From Okeania sp. (GTDB lineage: Bacteria > Cyanobacteriota > Cyanobacteriia > Cyanobacteriales > Microcoleaceae), in contig NZ_JAYKGW010000257.1 in NCBI RefSeq assembly GCF_035285525.1, positions 1-32,000 of the forward strand: DNA of 32,000 nt. The letters run 5' to 3'. This document shows, piece by piece, positions 17,604 through 26,985 of the stretch. A program made the position numbers and the translations under genes. The notes under the pieces are model-generated. The model saw nothing but the letters and a program-made list of their open reading frames with translations. It did not search any database and was not told the DNA's origin. How positions within the stretch are numbered: the first letter of the stretch is position 1; every line of letters starts with the position of its first letter.

Positions 17604-20600
17604 TTACCACGGACTACCAACCATAGTAAATCCTGACCAATAATAAGGATGAGATAAATTTTTATTTTCAAACTGTCCTAACCCTGAAGGTAAAACTACT
17701 ACACCACGGACTCCAGTTCCCCTTAATTCCCCATCTGCGATAACTACCTCCCCTCGTAACATTGATAACTGTGCTTGTCTTAATGCTTCTGCTTTAATTT
17801 TGGTACGATTCAAATGAGTATAAAATTCTGTCATTAACGCCAATGTCCCCTCATCACTCACATACCAAATACTTGCTAAAGCTGACTTAACTCCTGCTGC
17901 TACTGCTAGTCCGGCAAATCCTAATTCGGCATCTTTGTCTCCGAAGGCGGTGCGACAAGCTGACAATACTAATAATTCTACTGCTGGTTCGTTCCACCCT
18001 AATTCTCTAATTTGGTCTAACTTGAGTTGCTCTGTTCCCCACAACTGAATATAAGAATTGTTGGCTTTTCCTGGTCTAAATTCTGCATGGGTGGCTAGGT
18101 GAATGATGGGATAGGGATAATTTTGTCTTTGACCTAGAAGGTTATCACGAGTAAATTCTTGATTGAGAAATTTGTTGCCTTGCCATATTTCTTGAGATAT
18201 TGTTTCTAATTCTGTGGGTACTGCTGGTAATGGATTTTTGTCTATAAATTGACTTGCTCCCATTGCTAATATTTGGGTGTTTTGAAGTGGTCGGTAGTTG
18301 GTATCCATTAAACTAATACTGGGTATTAAACTGAGACTATATTTTTCAATGAGGAATTGTTCTCCATCGTGTAATGCTGCCATAGGTAAGGTACGCAAAC
18401 CATTGTCCATACTAAAGAGTAGGGTATTGATTTTGGCTGTTTCTAATTCTGCTGCTATGGGTGCAATCAGCCATTTGTATAATTTTTGGGCTGGGGGTAG
18501 ATAACTATGGCTGTCACGACGGAGGGGGTTGGTGATTTCTGCTCGTAGGTTTAAGACGGTTTCCATTAGTTCTTTCCGGTTAATTTGGGGTATGGTTTTG
18601 AGGATGGGGTCACTACCTGGTGTATATAATACGAGTTGCAGGGAGTCTGGGTAGGCGGTAATATAAATAATGGCTGAGTTGTTACCTGTTTGACTGGCAA
18701 TTTTGGTTAGCACTTCCCGGATATTTTGTGTGGATATAGTTTGGTTGTATAGGTCTGACTGAAAGTAGTCAGCAAATTCATTGGTGCGATTTTGTTCTAT
18801 ATTTATGATTGTTTGGGAACTGGCAGCAACTGTGAGGGGTGTTGTATTCACTGTGTTGATGTTTATATGGGTAGGCAGGTTGGGGTTGATGTTGTTTGTC
18901 TGGCGATCGCTTTTTTTATTTAGGGGATTAGGGTTATTGGTGGTTCTGATGGAACTGTTATTTTGAACTGATTGAATAATCTTTGTGGCGATGGAGTTTA
19001 ATGCTCCATTGGTTATGGGTGTTGGGGGTTCTTCTAGGTTGGGTAAAGTTACTGGTATTTGTGGTAATGCTTCTAGTAGAGTATTGTCTATTGATGGATT
19101 AATTGAAATGATTTCACCTGTATTGAGTGAGTCTGCTAGTAGGTTGATGATGTCTCTGATGTTGCCTATGGGGGTAATGTCTCCGGTGGTAATGTTTCGA
19201 TCGGCAATATTGGTAATGTTGGCATCACCGTTTTCGGTAATCGCTGTTTGGTCTCCGGTGGTAATGTTTCGATCGGCAATATTGGTAATGTTGGCATCAC
19301 CGTTTTCGGTAATCGCTGTTTGGTCTCCGGTGGTAATGTTTCGATCGGCAATGTTGGTAATGTTGGCATCACCGTTTTCGGTAATCGCTGTTTGGTCTCC
19401 AGTGGTAATGTTTTGATCGGCAATGTTGGCAATGTTGGCATCACCGTTTTCGGTAATCGCTGTTTGGTCTCCGGTGGTAATATTCCCATCAGCAATATTA
19501 GTAATGTTAGCATCACCTGTTCCACTATCAACTGTTTGGTCTCCAGTCTCAATATTTTCCCCAGCTTGAACTTCTATTCCTCCTGCGGTTCCTGACTCAG
19601 AGCTAGATTCTAAGTCTTGAGTTGTCACGGAACCGTCGGCAGCAATAATTTCTACTTTACCTGCTGCGGTTCCTCCTTGAGTGGTGACGTTGGCAGTTCT
19701 AATATCTCCTTGGGTGCTAAAGGTATTTAAGGCTATATTTCCACTGGTACCATTGGGGGCACGGGTTTGAATTGTTCCTGTATTAATGCTACCACTAATA
19801 CTTTGAATGTTTACGTTTCCACTTCCGGCATTACCAAAGGATGCGACGTTATTAATATTGACAATACCACTAGCATCCAGATTAATATCTCCACCTGTAC
19901 CATTTGCACCGGAGGAATAGGTGGCAATATGATTAATATTGAGATTGCCGTTTTCTTGGGTTTGGAGGGAGATGAAACCACCTGCTCTATTAATTCCTGT
20001 GGAAAATATAACTTCTGTGTTGATGTTACCATTGTTGTTGATAATGTTCACGGTTCCACTATTTTCTCCACCGAAAGAACTTATGTTGCTGGTAGTAATG
20101 TTTCCCTCTCCTCGCTGAATTATGAAAATATTACCACCACTACCTTCGGGAGCGTAGGAACTAAGGTTTGCAGGTTCTTCTGCAAAGATGGTGGCAATAT
20201 TTTCTGAGGATACGTCAGCATTAGTGGAAATATTTGCTTCTCCATTTAAAAGACCGGCGGTAGTATCAATGTTGCCATTGATTGTGTCTAGAGTAATGTC
20301 ACCACCCCTGGTGCCACCACCACTAAAGCTTTCGATAAAACCTGTGCTAATGTTTGTTGTGGCACTGAGGGTGATGTTTCCTCCTTGTCCTGCGGTGGAA
20401 AAGGAGCTTAGTTCGCCAATGCTGGTATCTATTGCACCGTCGGCAGAAATAAAGATGTTGCCACCCTGACCATTACTTTCTGCTGATGAGCTAATGGTTG
20501 CAGTTGTCACATCACTACCACTTGCAATGTTAACGTTTCCACCATTCCCATTACTTTCTGAAAAGGAGGAGATATTTTCTACTTCAATGTTATCAGCACC

Positions 20601-23600
20601 AATAATATTTACATTACCGCCATTACCTTTTCTGGAGGAAGATGCTAACTCACCATTGGTTGTATTAATAGCTCCTGTTTCACTTTTGATAAAAATTTCT
20701 CCTCCGTTGCCTGTGCCAACGGTTCCGGAAAAATCAGAACGAGAGTCAATGTCAGCAAGATTAATGTCGCCTTTACTAATAATGGTGACGTTGCCTGCAT
20801 TTCCGTTTTGACTGTAGGAAACTATTTCTCCGGTGCTGGTGACGGTTCCTTCTCTACTCTGAATGGTAATGTTACCACCAGGATTTTCTTCTACATCTTC
20901 AACTTGAGATTGAGTTATAGTCAAGTCTGCTTCCTTGTTTCTAAAGGAGGATCTATCTTCTGGGTCTCCTGCTGAAGAAAGTATTTCACTGGTACTAATA
21001 TCACCTGTAGCAGTGATCTCAATATTACCTGCTGCTCCTTTACGAGAAAATGATTCAATTTCTTGGGTTTGAATGTTTTCTTGACTATTTAAAGTAATTG
21101 CACCTCCTGAACCGTCTTCTGCTCTAGAAGATATTTTTTTTCCTATTTCTATTCCCCCTGTAGTGCTTTCTATTTCAATATCACCACCTTTTCCATAGCG
21201 ATCGCTTCGAGTATTAATTTCATCTTCTATGATAATGTCACTATGACTTTTGATGGTAACGTTGCCTCCATCGTTAAGGTCGGCGAGACTATTTATTTCT
21301 TTCTGTATGGTGACACTACCTTCTGCACTGGTAACGGTAATATCACCACTCCTGCCTCCATTTGTTTGGGTTGGGGAAATTGGTTCTTCAGGGTTGCCAG
21401 CGGTGGAAAGAAGTTTAGCGGTGGTAATGTTGCCTTCTGCTTCAATGTTAATATTACCTCCATTACTCTGACGAGAGAATGATTCTAAATTCCCTCTTTC
21501 TATTTCAATGGTTCCTCCAGCTCTGAGGGTGATGTCTCCTCCATTTCCCATACCACTTTCATTGTTTGAGATTGCTTCGCTATCGCTCGCAATGACAGAT
21601 GATGATTCCTCTTGGTCTTCAAATTCTGCTCCAGCAAAGGATGAAATATTGTTAGCTTGGATATTTCCCTGAGTCGCAGTAATACTGACACTTCCAGCAT
21701 TCCCATTAAAGGATGAGGATATCAGGTCGCCGTTACTGGTATCAATATTTCCCTTGGTACTTTGGAGGGCAATATTTCCCCCATTACCGTTATCATCAGA
21801 ACGGGAATCTATATTACCTGTAGTTATGTCTAAGTTGCTGGTAATATTTATATGTCCAGCATTTCTTAACCCAGAAAAAGAGCTAAGAAAACCGCTACTG
21901 GTATCAATATTTCCATTCATACTTTCTAGGGTTATGTTGCCACCTTGACCACTACTATTGGCACGAGAATCTATACTTCCTGTGGTTAAGTTACCACTGC
22001 TAGTAATTTTGACGCTTCCAGCATTTCCCAACTCCGAAAAAGAAGACAGTTCACCTCTGCTAGTATTAACATTTTGATTTTGACTTTCTAAAGTAATATC
22101 TCCACCTTTACCATCTCCTTTGGAACGAGAATCTATATTACTGGTTGTGAGATTGCCAGAACTTTGAATATTAATATTACCGCCATCACCACTTCCAGAA
22201 GAAGAAGATAACTCACTATCAATAGTTATAGCACCTGTATTGCTCTTGATGAAAATATCACCCCCATCACTATTGGTATTAGCACGAGAATTAATAGTCG
22301 CTGTTTCCTCCTCTGTTTGGTTATTAAGGATTTCAATATCTCCATGACCTTTAATAGTGATATTACCACCCTTGCTGGTAGCACCAAAACTTTCTATTTC
22401 TGAATTAATAGTTACTGCACCCTCTGTACTTTCAATGATAATGTTCCCTCCTTGACCTATGTTGTCTGAACGGGAGTCAATATTTGCTAATGCTTTGGTT
22501 TCATTGTCACCAATATTAATATCACGAACGGCTTCGATAGTTATATTACCACCATTACCAGAACTGGCAAAACTATTAATTTCTCCTGTGGTGGTTACTG
22601 CACCTGCTGTACTCTTAATATTAATATCACCACCATTAGCACTATTGCTCTGATTCTCGGTTGTTGATGTGGGGTTATTATTTTCGGGGTCTCCAGCAGT
22701 AGAAATAATAACGTTGGTAACAATATCACCCGTTGCTTCTAAACTGATATTTCCTCCAGAACCATTACGAGAAAATGACGTCAAACTAGACTCTGACTCT
22801 GTTCCAGCAGTAGTATCAATATCTCCTCCTGCGGTCAAAGTAATATTTCCCCCATTACCAAAATTTCCAGTTCCCGTAAAATCAGAATCTATTGCAGCAC
22901 CAAGCTCTTGACCTGCAAAAGAAGAAATATTGCCCGTAGTGATATTGCCATCACTGGTAATACTTATATTACCTGCATTCCCTGTCAGGGAAGAAGAGAT
23001 AAGTTCACCATTACTGGTATCAACATTACCAGTCTTGCTTTCGAGAGTAATATTTCCACCCTGAACATTTTCTGAACTAGAATTAATATTACCAGCAATT
23101 AAACTTCCATCACTTTTGACTGTCACATTACCCGCTGTTCCGTCCAGAGAGAGAGAAGATATTTGTGCATCTCCGGCAACACCAGTAGTATCTATACTGC
23201 CGTTGGTACTTTCAATGGTGACATCTCCACCATTACCACCAGATGTTGCTGACTCAATAGTTTCGGTATTAATATTTCTAGCAGCTTTAATGCTGACATT
23301 TCCTGCATTTCCACCGACGGCAACAGTATCTATTTCTTTCGTAAGAGTCACCTTACCTTCTTTACTTTCAATAATAATATCACCACCATTCTTATTATTT
23401 GTGATCGTATTTTCAGCAGTTTCTGTTGTGTCTGTGTTGCCAACATTACCAACAATAGGGTTGCCCGCAGAAGAAAAAACACCCCCAGTAGTAATATCAC
23501 CCTTGCTAGTAATACTAACTCTACCCGCACCACCCAACCGAGAAAATGATTCCAACGTTCCAGCCCTAGTATCTATATTTCCCTCTGCTGTCAGAGTAAT

Positions 23601-26327
23601 ATTTCCTCCATTTCCATCTGCTGTCTGGGGTTGGTCAAAACTAACATCACTGTCATCGAATGGTGATGAATTTCCTAAATCTCCCTGTTGGTCTAGTGCT
23701 TCGCCCGCAGAAGAAAATATATCTGCTGTAGTAATATCGCCCTCACTGGTGATCGTAACATTTCCAGCATTACCTCCAACAGAAAAAGAAACTATTTCGT
23801 CCCTACTGGTATTAACATTTCCACCTGTACTTTCTAGAGTAATATTGCCACCATTACCACCACCATTGGAGCGGGAGTCGATATAACCTGTAGTTAAATT
23901 GTTATCGCTCGTAATAGTAACATCCCCACCATTACCTTGAAGGGAAGCAGAAAATATTGCACCTGCGGTTGTATTAACTTTACCGCCACTATTTATAGTA
24001 ATATCTCCACCCTTATTATTTCCTTGAGTAGAAGCATTAATATCTCCAGTTCTAATATTACCATTTGCATCGAGAAATATATTCCCACCACTGGTTGAAA
24101 TTGAATTAGCTTTCAGGGTAGTTTCAGTAGTATTAATATTCCCGCTGCTAAAAATATTAATATTCCCTGGTTGACCATTAGGAACTGATGTAGTTATCTC
24201 TTCAATTGCAGTAAAATTACCATTAATATTTAACTCTAAATTGCCTCCACCTCTAACTTTAATCCCAGCAAAATCATCACTAACTTCACCGATAATTAAA
24301 TTATTTATAGAATTAATAAATACCCCTTTTTCTCCTGCTAATACTTCTAAATTATTTACATCTATTCGCAAAGGTGCTTCCGCCAAACCTACACCACCAA
24401 TATCTTGAGTTTGAAATATTGCTTGGTCGGCAGTAATTAAAGAATTAAGAGAAACTTGGTTAATATTGCCTTGATTAGCATTAAGAAAAACTTGACCAGT
24501 AGTTATTAAACCAGCCAGATTTATATCACCATTATCTCCTAAATTTCCTAGTTCAATTGTGATATTTCCACTACCTGCATCTAAAGTTGTTCCTGCTTTT
24601 TGATTAATAGAAGCTGCCCCTGGTTCGCGACCATTAATATCAACTCCATCATCATTTCCCAAAAGAGTAATATCACCATTGCCACTAGACGTATTTATAT
24701 CAGCATTTAGATTAATATTTCGTCCAGCTTTTAACTCTATAGACTCCAAAGACTCAGAAGTTTCTATTGATTGATTAACAGTTATATCATTGTCAGCTTC
24801 CAAACTAATATTACCCTCTAATTCTCCTATTTTTTCAGCAGAAAATGTTTGAAACTCCCCTGATTCCCCCTTCAAAGAAAGAGATGTTTCCGCTCCAATA
24901 ATTATATTTTTTGGGTCAAATAATATAGTCCCTCCTTCTCCTAATGCTGCACTAACATTAACATTCCCATCAAAAATTAATCGCTCCTTGCCAGATACTT
25001 CAACAAACCCTCCATTACCAAAAAATTCTCCTCCTTTAGCACTAATATTTCCAGAAAAATTAGTAGTATTATCAGACCAAATTATCACTCGACCGCCATT
25101 ACCATTATTAATAGCATTGGCAGAAATAAAAGAGTTATTATTAACAAAAGTTTGTAGAGAATTAGGAACTATTCCATTGCCTTGGAAGTCGCCTCCAATT
25201 AATATATTTCCTCCTCCATTTAAACCATTGGCATTAATGTTGGCGTCTATTATTGCTATTTGGGAACCTAAGATGTTAATTTGTCCACCTTTTTGGGTTA
25301 TATCCCCCCTAACCCCCCTTTGAAAGGGGGGGACTGGCTCTCCCCTTTGAAAGGGGGGGACTGGCTCTCCCCTTTGGAACGGGGGAATGTGGGATACATC
25401 TATATTTCCAGAAATTACCACAGGAGCAAGATGATCCCACTGTTGTACCGTTGTATCTGTCAAAACCAAATTACCTTCAGCATCAACCATTACAGATGAG
25501 GCGCTGTATCCCCCCTGACCCCCCTTTGAAAGGGGGGAACCTGTTAACAGTTGTGGTAACGATAACAGTGTAATCGACTCTCCCAACAAATTAACAGCAG
25601 CAGGCGATATATCCAAACTTAAAACATGACCTGGTTGAGAGATGCGCAAAACATCTCCACCATTAACCGCAGCGATCGTAATATTTCCACCCGCTGTAGA
25701 AAGTTCCCCTGTATTGACAACCGTGCCGCCAGTCAGAGTAAGATTATTTCCTGGATTTAAAGTTAAATTTCCTTGGTTAACTATAGCCCCTGGGTTAGAA
25801 ACATCAAAACGATACCCACTGGGATTACCCACTAAATTTGAGTAGTTGTTTGTACCTAGTGTTTGAAACCAAAAATTATTGTTATCGAAACCAATACCCG
25901 TGGCAGTAGTAACACTAAAAGAAGCAGGAACATTAAGACTAGCATTAGGGCCAAACATTATACCAGCAGGGTTCATTAAGAAAAGATTAGAATTGCCACC
26001 AATTACTTGAATCAGACCATTAATAGTAGAAGCATTTCCCCCTGTGACTCTACCCAGGATATTCTGAATGTCTGGGGTAGTCAGAAAGTTAGCAGTTTGA
26101 TTAGATTTAACATTAAATTCGCCAAAACTGTGAAATAGGTTAGCACCGTCGTTACTAGGAGAGCCACCTTCGATATTAAATTGGTTGCCATTTTGATTGA
26201 CAGTAGTTCCTGTACCGTCCGTTGCTGGAGTAATAGACTGGGAATGAGCGGGGATGGCGACTGTTCCTAACAGGGAAGTCAAAGCCATCAGGGGATAAAG
26301 ATGTAATTTTAAGAGCTTCATTTGCAT
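17604..26327 (-). CDS. Giant secreted protein (~2907 aa from the ATG at 26327): signal peptide, TPS (haemagglutinin-activity) domain, long degenerate beta-helix repeats, 24-aa tandem repeats, N/T/P-rich linker, C-terminal CHAT domain
   Basis: The signal peptide is MQMKLLKLHLYPLMALTSLLGTVAIPAHSQ. The TPS domain is about 25868-26234 (GANLFHSFGEFNV...ILGRVTGGNASTINGLIQVIGGNSNLFLMNPAGIMFGPNASLNV). Dozens of GGNITL/GGDITI...GNI.T repeats follow. The CHAT region is about 17607-18790, with HLATHAEF (His codon 18087-18089) and LVLSACRTA (Cys codon 17955-17957). The tracked GTG at 26423 lies inside a MITE, so the ATG at 26327 (or 26321) is preferred. Confidence 0.9.
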   Translation of the reverse strand: MQMKLLKLHLYPLMALTSLLGTVAIPAHSQSITPATDGTGTTVNQNGNQFNIEGGSPSNDGANLFHSFGEFNVKSNQTANFLTTPDIQNILGRVTGGNASTINGLIQVIGGNSNLFLMNPAGIMFGPNASLNVPASFSVTTATGIGFDNNNFWFQTLGTNNYSNLVGNPSGYRFDVSNPGAIVNQGNLTLNPGNNLTLTGGTVVNTGELSTAGGNITIAAVNGGDVLRISQPGHVLSLDISPAAVNLLGESITLLSLPQLLTGSPLSKGGQGGYSASSVMVDAEGNLVLTDTTVQQWDHLAPVVISGNIDVSHIPPFQRGEPVPPFQRGEPVPPFQRGVRGDITQKGGQINILGSQIAIIDANINANGLNGGGNILIGGDFQGNGIVPNSLQTFVNNNSFISANAINNGNGGRVIIWSDNTTNFSGNISAKGGEFFGNGGFVEVSGKERLIFDGNVNVSAALGEGGTILFDPKNIIIGAETSLSLKGESGEFQTFSAEKIGELEGNISLEADNDITVNQSIETSESLESIELKAGRNINLNADINTSSGNGDITLLGNDDGVDINGREPGAASINQKAGTTLDAGSGNITIELGNLGDNGDINLAGLITTGQVFLNANQGNINQVSLNSLITADQAIFQTQDIGGVGLAEAPLRIDVNNLEVLAGEKGVFINSINNLIIGEVSDDFAGIKVRGGGNLELNINGNFTAIEEITTSVPNGQPGNINIFSSGNINTTETTLKANSISTSGGNIFLDANGNIRTGDINASTQGNNKGGDITINSGGKVNTTAGAIFSASLQGNGGDVTITSDNNLTTGYIDSRSNGGGNGGNITLESTGGNVNTSRDEIVSFSVGGNAGNVTITSEGDITTADIFSSAGEALDQQGDLGNSSPFDDSDVSFDQPQTADGNGGNITLTAEGNIDTRAGTLESFSRLGGAGRVSITSKGDITTGGVFSSAGNPIVGNVGNTDTTETAENTITNNKNGGDIIIESKEGKVTLTKEIDTVAVGGNAGNVSIKAARNINTETIESATSGGNGGDVTIESTNGSIDTTGVAGDAQISSLSLDGTAGNVTVKSDGSLIAGNINSSSENVQGGNITLESKTGNVDTSNGELISSSLTGNAGNISITSDGNITTGNISSFAGQELGAAIDSDFTGTGNFGNGGNITLTAGGDIDTTAGTESESSLTSFSRNGSGGNISLEATGDIVTNVIISTAGDPENNNPTSTTENQSNSANGGDINIKSTAGAVTTTGEINSFASSGNGGNITIEAVRDINIGDNETKALANIDSRSDNIGQGGNIIIESTEGAVTINSEIESFGATSKGGNITIKGHGDIEILNNQTEEETATINSRANTNSDGGDIFIKSNTGAITIDSELSSSSGSGDGGNINIQSSGNLTTSNIDSRSKGDGKGGDITLESQNQNVNTSRGELSSFSELGNAGSVKITSSGNLTTGSIDSRANSSGQGGNITLESMNGNIDTSSGFLSSFSGLRNAGHINITSNLDITTGNIDSRSDDNGNGGNIALQSTKGNIDTSNGDLISSSFNGNAGSVSITATQGNIQANNISSFAGAEFEDQEESSSVIASDSEAISNNESGMGNGGDITLRAGGTIEIERGNLESFSRQSNGGNINIEAEGNITTAKLLSTAGNPEEPISPTQTNGGRSGDITVTSAEGSVTIQKEINSLADLNDGGNVTIKSHSDIIIEDEINTRSDRYGKGGDIEIESTTGGIEIGKKISSRAEDGSGGAITLNSQENIQTQEIESFSRKGAAGNIEITATGDISTSEILSSAGDPEDRSSFRNKEADLTITQSQVEDVEENPGGNITIQSREGTVTSTGEIVSYSQNGNAGNVTIISKGDINLADIDSRSDFSGTVGTGNGGEIFIKSETGAINTTNGELASSSRKGNGGNVNIIGADNIEVENISSFSESNGNGGNVNIASGSDVTTATISSSAESNGQGGNIFISADGAIDTSIGELSSFSTAGQGGNITLSATTNISTGFIESFSGGGTRGGDITLDTINGNIDTTAGLLNGEANISTNADVSSENIATIFAEEPANLSSYAPEGSGGNIFIIQRGEGNITTSNISSFGGENSGTVNIINNNGNINTEVIFSTGINRAGGFISLQTQENGNLNINHIATYSSGANGTGGDINLDASGIVNINNVASFGNAGSGNVNIQSISGSINTGTIQTRAPNGTSGNIALNTFSTQGDIRTANVTTQGGTAAGKVEIIAADGSVTTQDLESSSESGTAGGIEVQAGENIETGDQTVDSGTGDANITNIADGNITTGDQTAITENGDANIANIADQNITTGDQTAITENGDANITNIADRNITTGDQTAITENGDANITNIADRNITTGDQTAITENGDANITNIADRNITTGDITPIGNIRDIINLLADSLNTGEIISINPSIDNTLLEALPQIPVTLPNLEEPPTPITNGALNSIATKIIQSVQNNSSIRTTNNPNPLNKKSDRQTNNINPNLPTHININTVNTTPLTVAASSQTIINIEQNRTNEFADYFQSDLYNQTISTQNIREVLTKIASQTGNNSAIIYITAYPDSLQLVLYTPGSDPILKTIPQINRKELMETVLNLRAEITNPLRRDSHSYLPPAQKLYKWLIAPIAAELETAKINTLLFSMDNGLRTLPMAALHDGEQFLIEKYSLSLIPSISLMDTNYRPLQNTQILAMGASQFIDKNPLPAVPTELETISQEIWQGNKFLNQEFTRDNLLGQRQNYPYPIIHLATHAEFRPGKANNSYIQLWGTEQLKLDQIRELGWNEPAVELLVLSACRTAFGDKDAELGFAGLAVAAGVKSALASIWYVSDEGTLALMTEFYTHLNRTKIKAEALRQAQLSMLRGEVVIADGELRGTGVRGVVVLPSGLGQFENKNLSHPYYWSGFTMVGSPW
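19179..19538 (-). repeat. Five tandem 72-bp units inside the giant gene, encoding TGDQTAITENGDANITNIADRNIT x5
   Basis: The units are 19179-19250, 19251-19322, 19323-19394, 19395-19466 and 19467-19538. Units 1 and 2 are identical and unit 3 differs by one base. Units 4 and 5 are progressively diverged. Confidence 0.95.
25314..25386 (-). repeat. 27-bp G/C-rich palindrome-containing unit repeated about 2.7 times in-frame in the giant gene (PPFQRGEPV x3)
   Basis: CCCCTTTGAAAGGGGGGGACTGGCTCT occurs twice, followed by the partial CCCCTTTGGAACGGGGG. Each unit contains the palindrome CCCCTTTGAAAGGGG. A related single copy, CCCCCCTTTGAAAGGGGGG, lies at 25520-25538 and encodes SPLSKGGQGG. Confidence 0.85.
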
Positions 26328-26355
26328 TTTTAGGGAACACTTAACTGGGAACAGT

Positions 26356-26857
26356 ATGAACGCTATTAGTAGGGTGTGTTTCGCTACGCGACATGAAAAG
26401 CCCACTTCGTCAGGCATCGACACACTATATATAGTACCTTTGCGTAACTCCTGTTAATATTAGGACTTACGCACGAAGGCTATTGGTAGAGTCCGTTAGC
26501 GTCAGCGTCACGCACTAATACTCTGTATATAGTGTCTTTGCGTAACTCCTGAATATGAAAAAAATAACTATGATTTGTTATTGTATATCTTTTTTAGGAC
26601 TTACGCACGCGCAACGTGTTTCTGTCATTGCGGGATTCGCAGCTTTGCGATAGCAAGCCACAGGGTTTCGCTCCGCGACATGAATGGGTGGGTCGCAGTC
26701 CGTCAGGATAGCAATCTAAAGCCAAGAAAATTGCGTTCCTCATGGCTTTAGTCCTGTTTTTCATTATTAGGACTTACGCATAGACCCTATCTGTAAGGTG
26801 CGTTACCCTGACGCTAACGCACCAATACTCTATATATAGTGCTTTTGCGTAAGTCCT
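26356..26857. mobile_element. Array of four AGGACTTACGCA-family MITEs: A 26356-26452 (left end truncated), B 26462-26550, C 26596-26755, D 26769-26857
   Basis: Copies B and D have both termini (AGGACTTACGCA ... TTTGCGTAA(C/G)TCCT) and a GGTGCGTTA...TAACGCACC-type core. Copies A and C carry the CGCGACATGAA long core in the inverse orientation to copy 14467. All lie within 530 bp 5' of the giant gene. Confidence 0.75.
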
Positions 26858-26985
26858 GATTATATCAGTTGCTATAGTAATTACTATTTGAGATGAAACA
26901 GTCCACTACTTATTAAGGTGACTATAATATTATGAAGCATTAGTCGTTAATTTTTCTGGTTCTACAGGAGAATTATGTAATAACA

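Noticed and set aside
18298-25845. Many plus-strand ORFs of 60-256 aa lie antisense to the giant gene, e.g. 23116-23886, 18985-19416 and 19767-20207.
   Set aside because: They are shadow ORFs created by the repetitive, stop-poor GGN/ITL coding repeats on the minus strand. Their translations are low-complexity (P/S/V/L-rich) with no recognisable motifs, and they lie entirely inside a well-supported 8.7-kb CDS.
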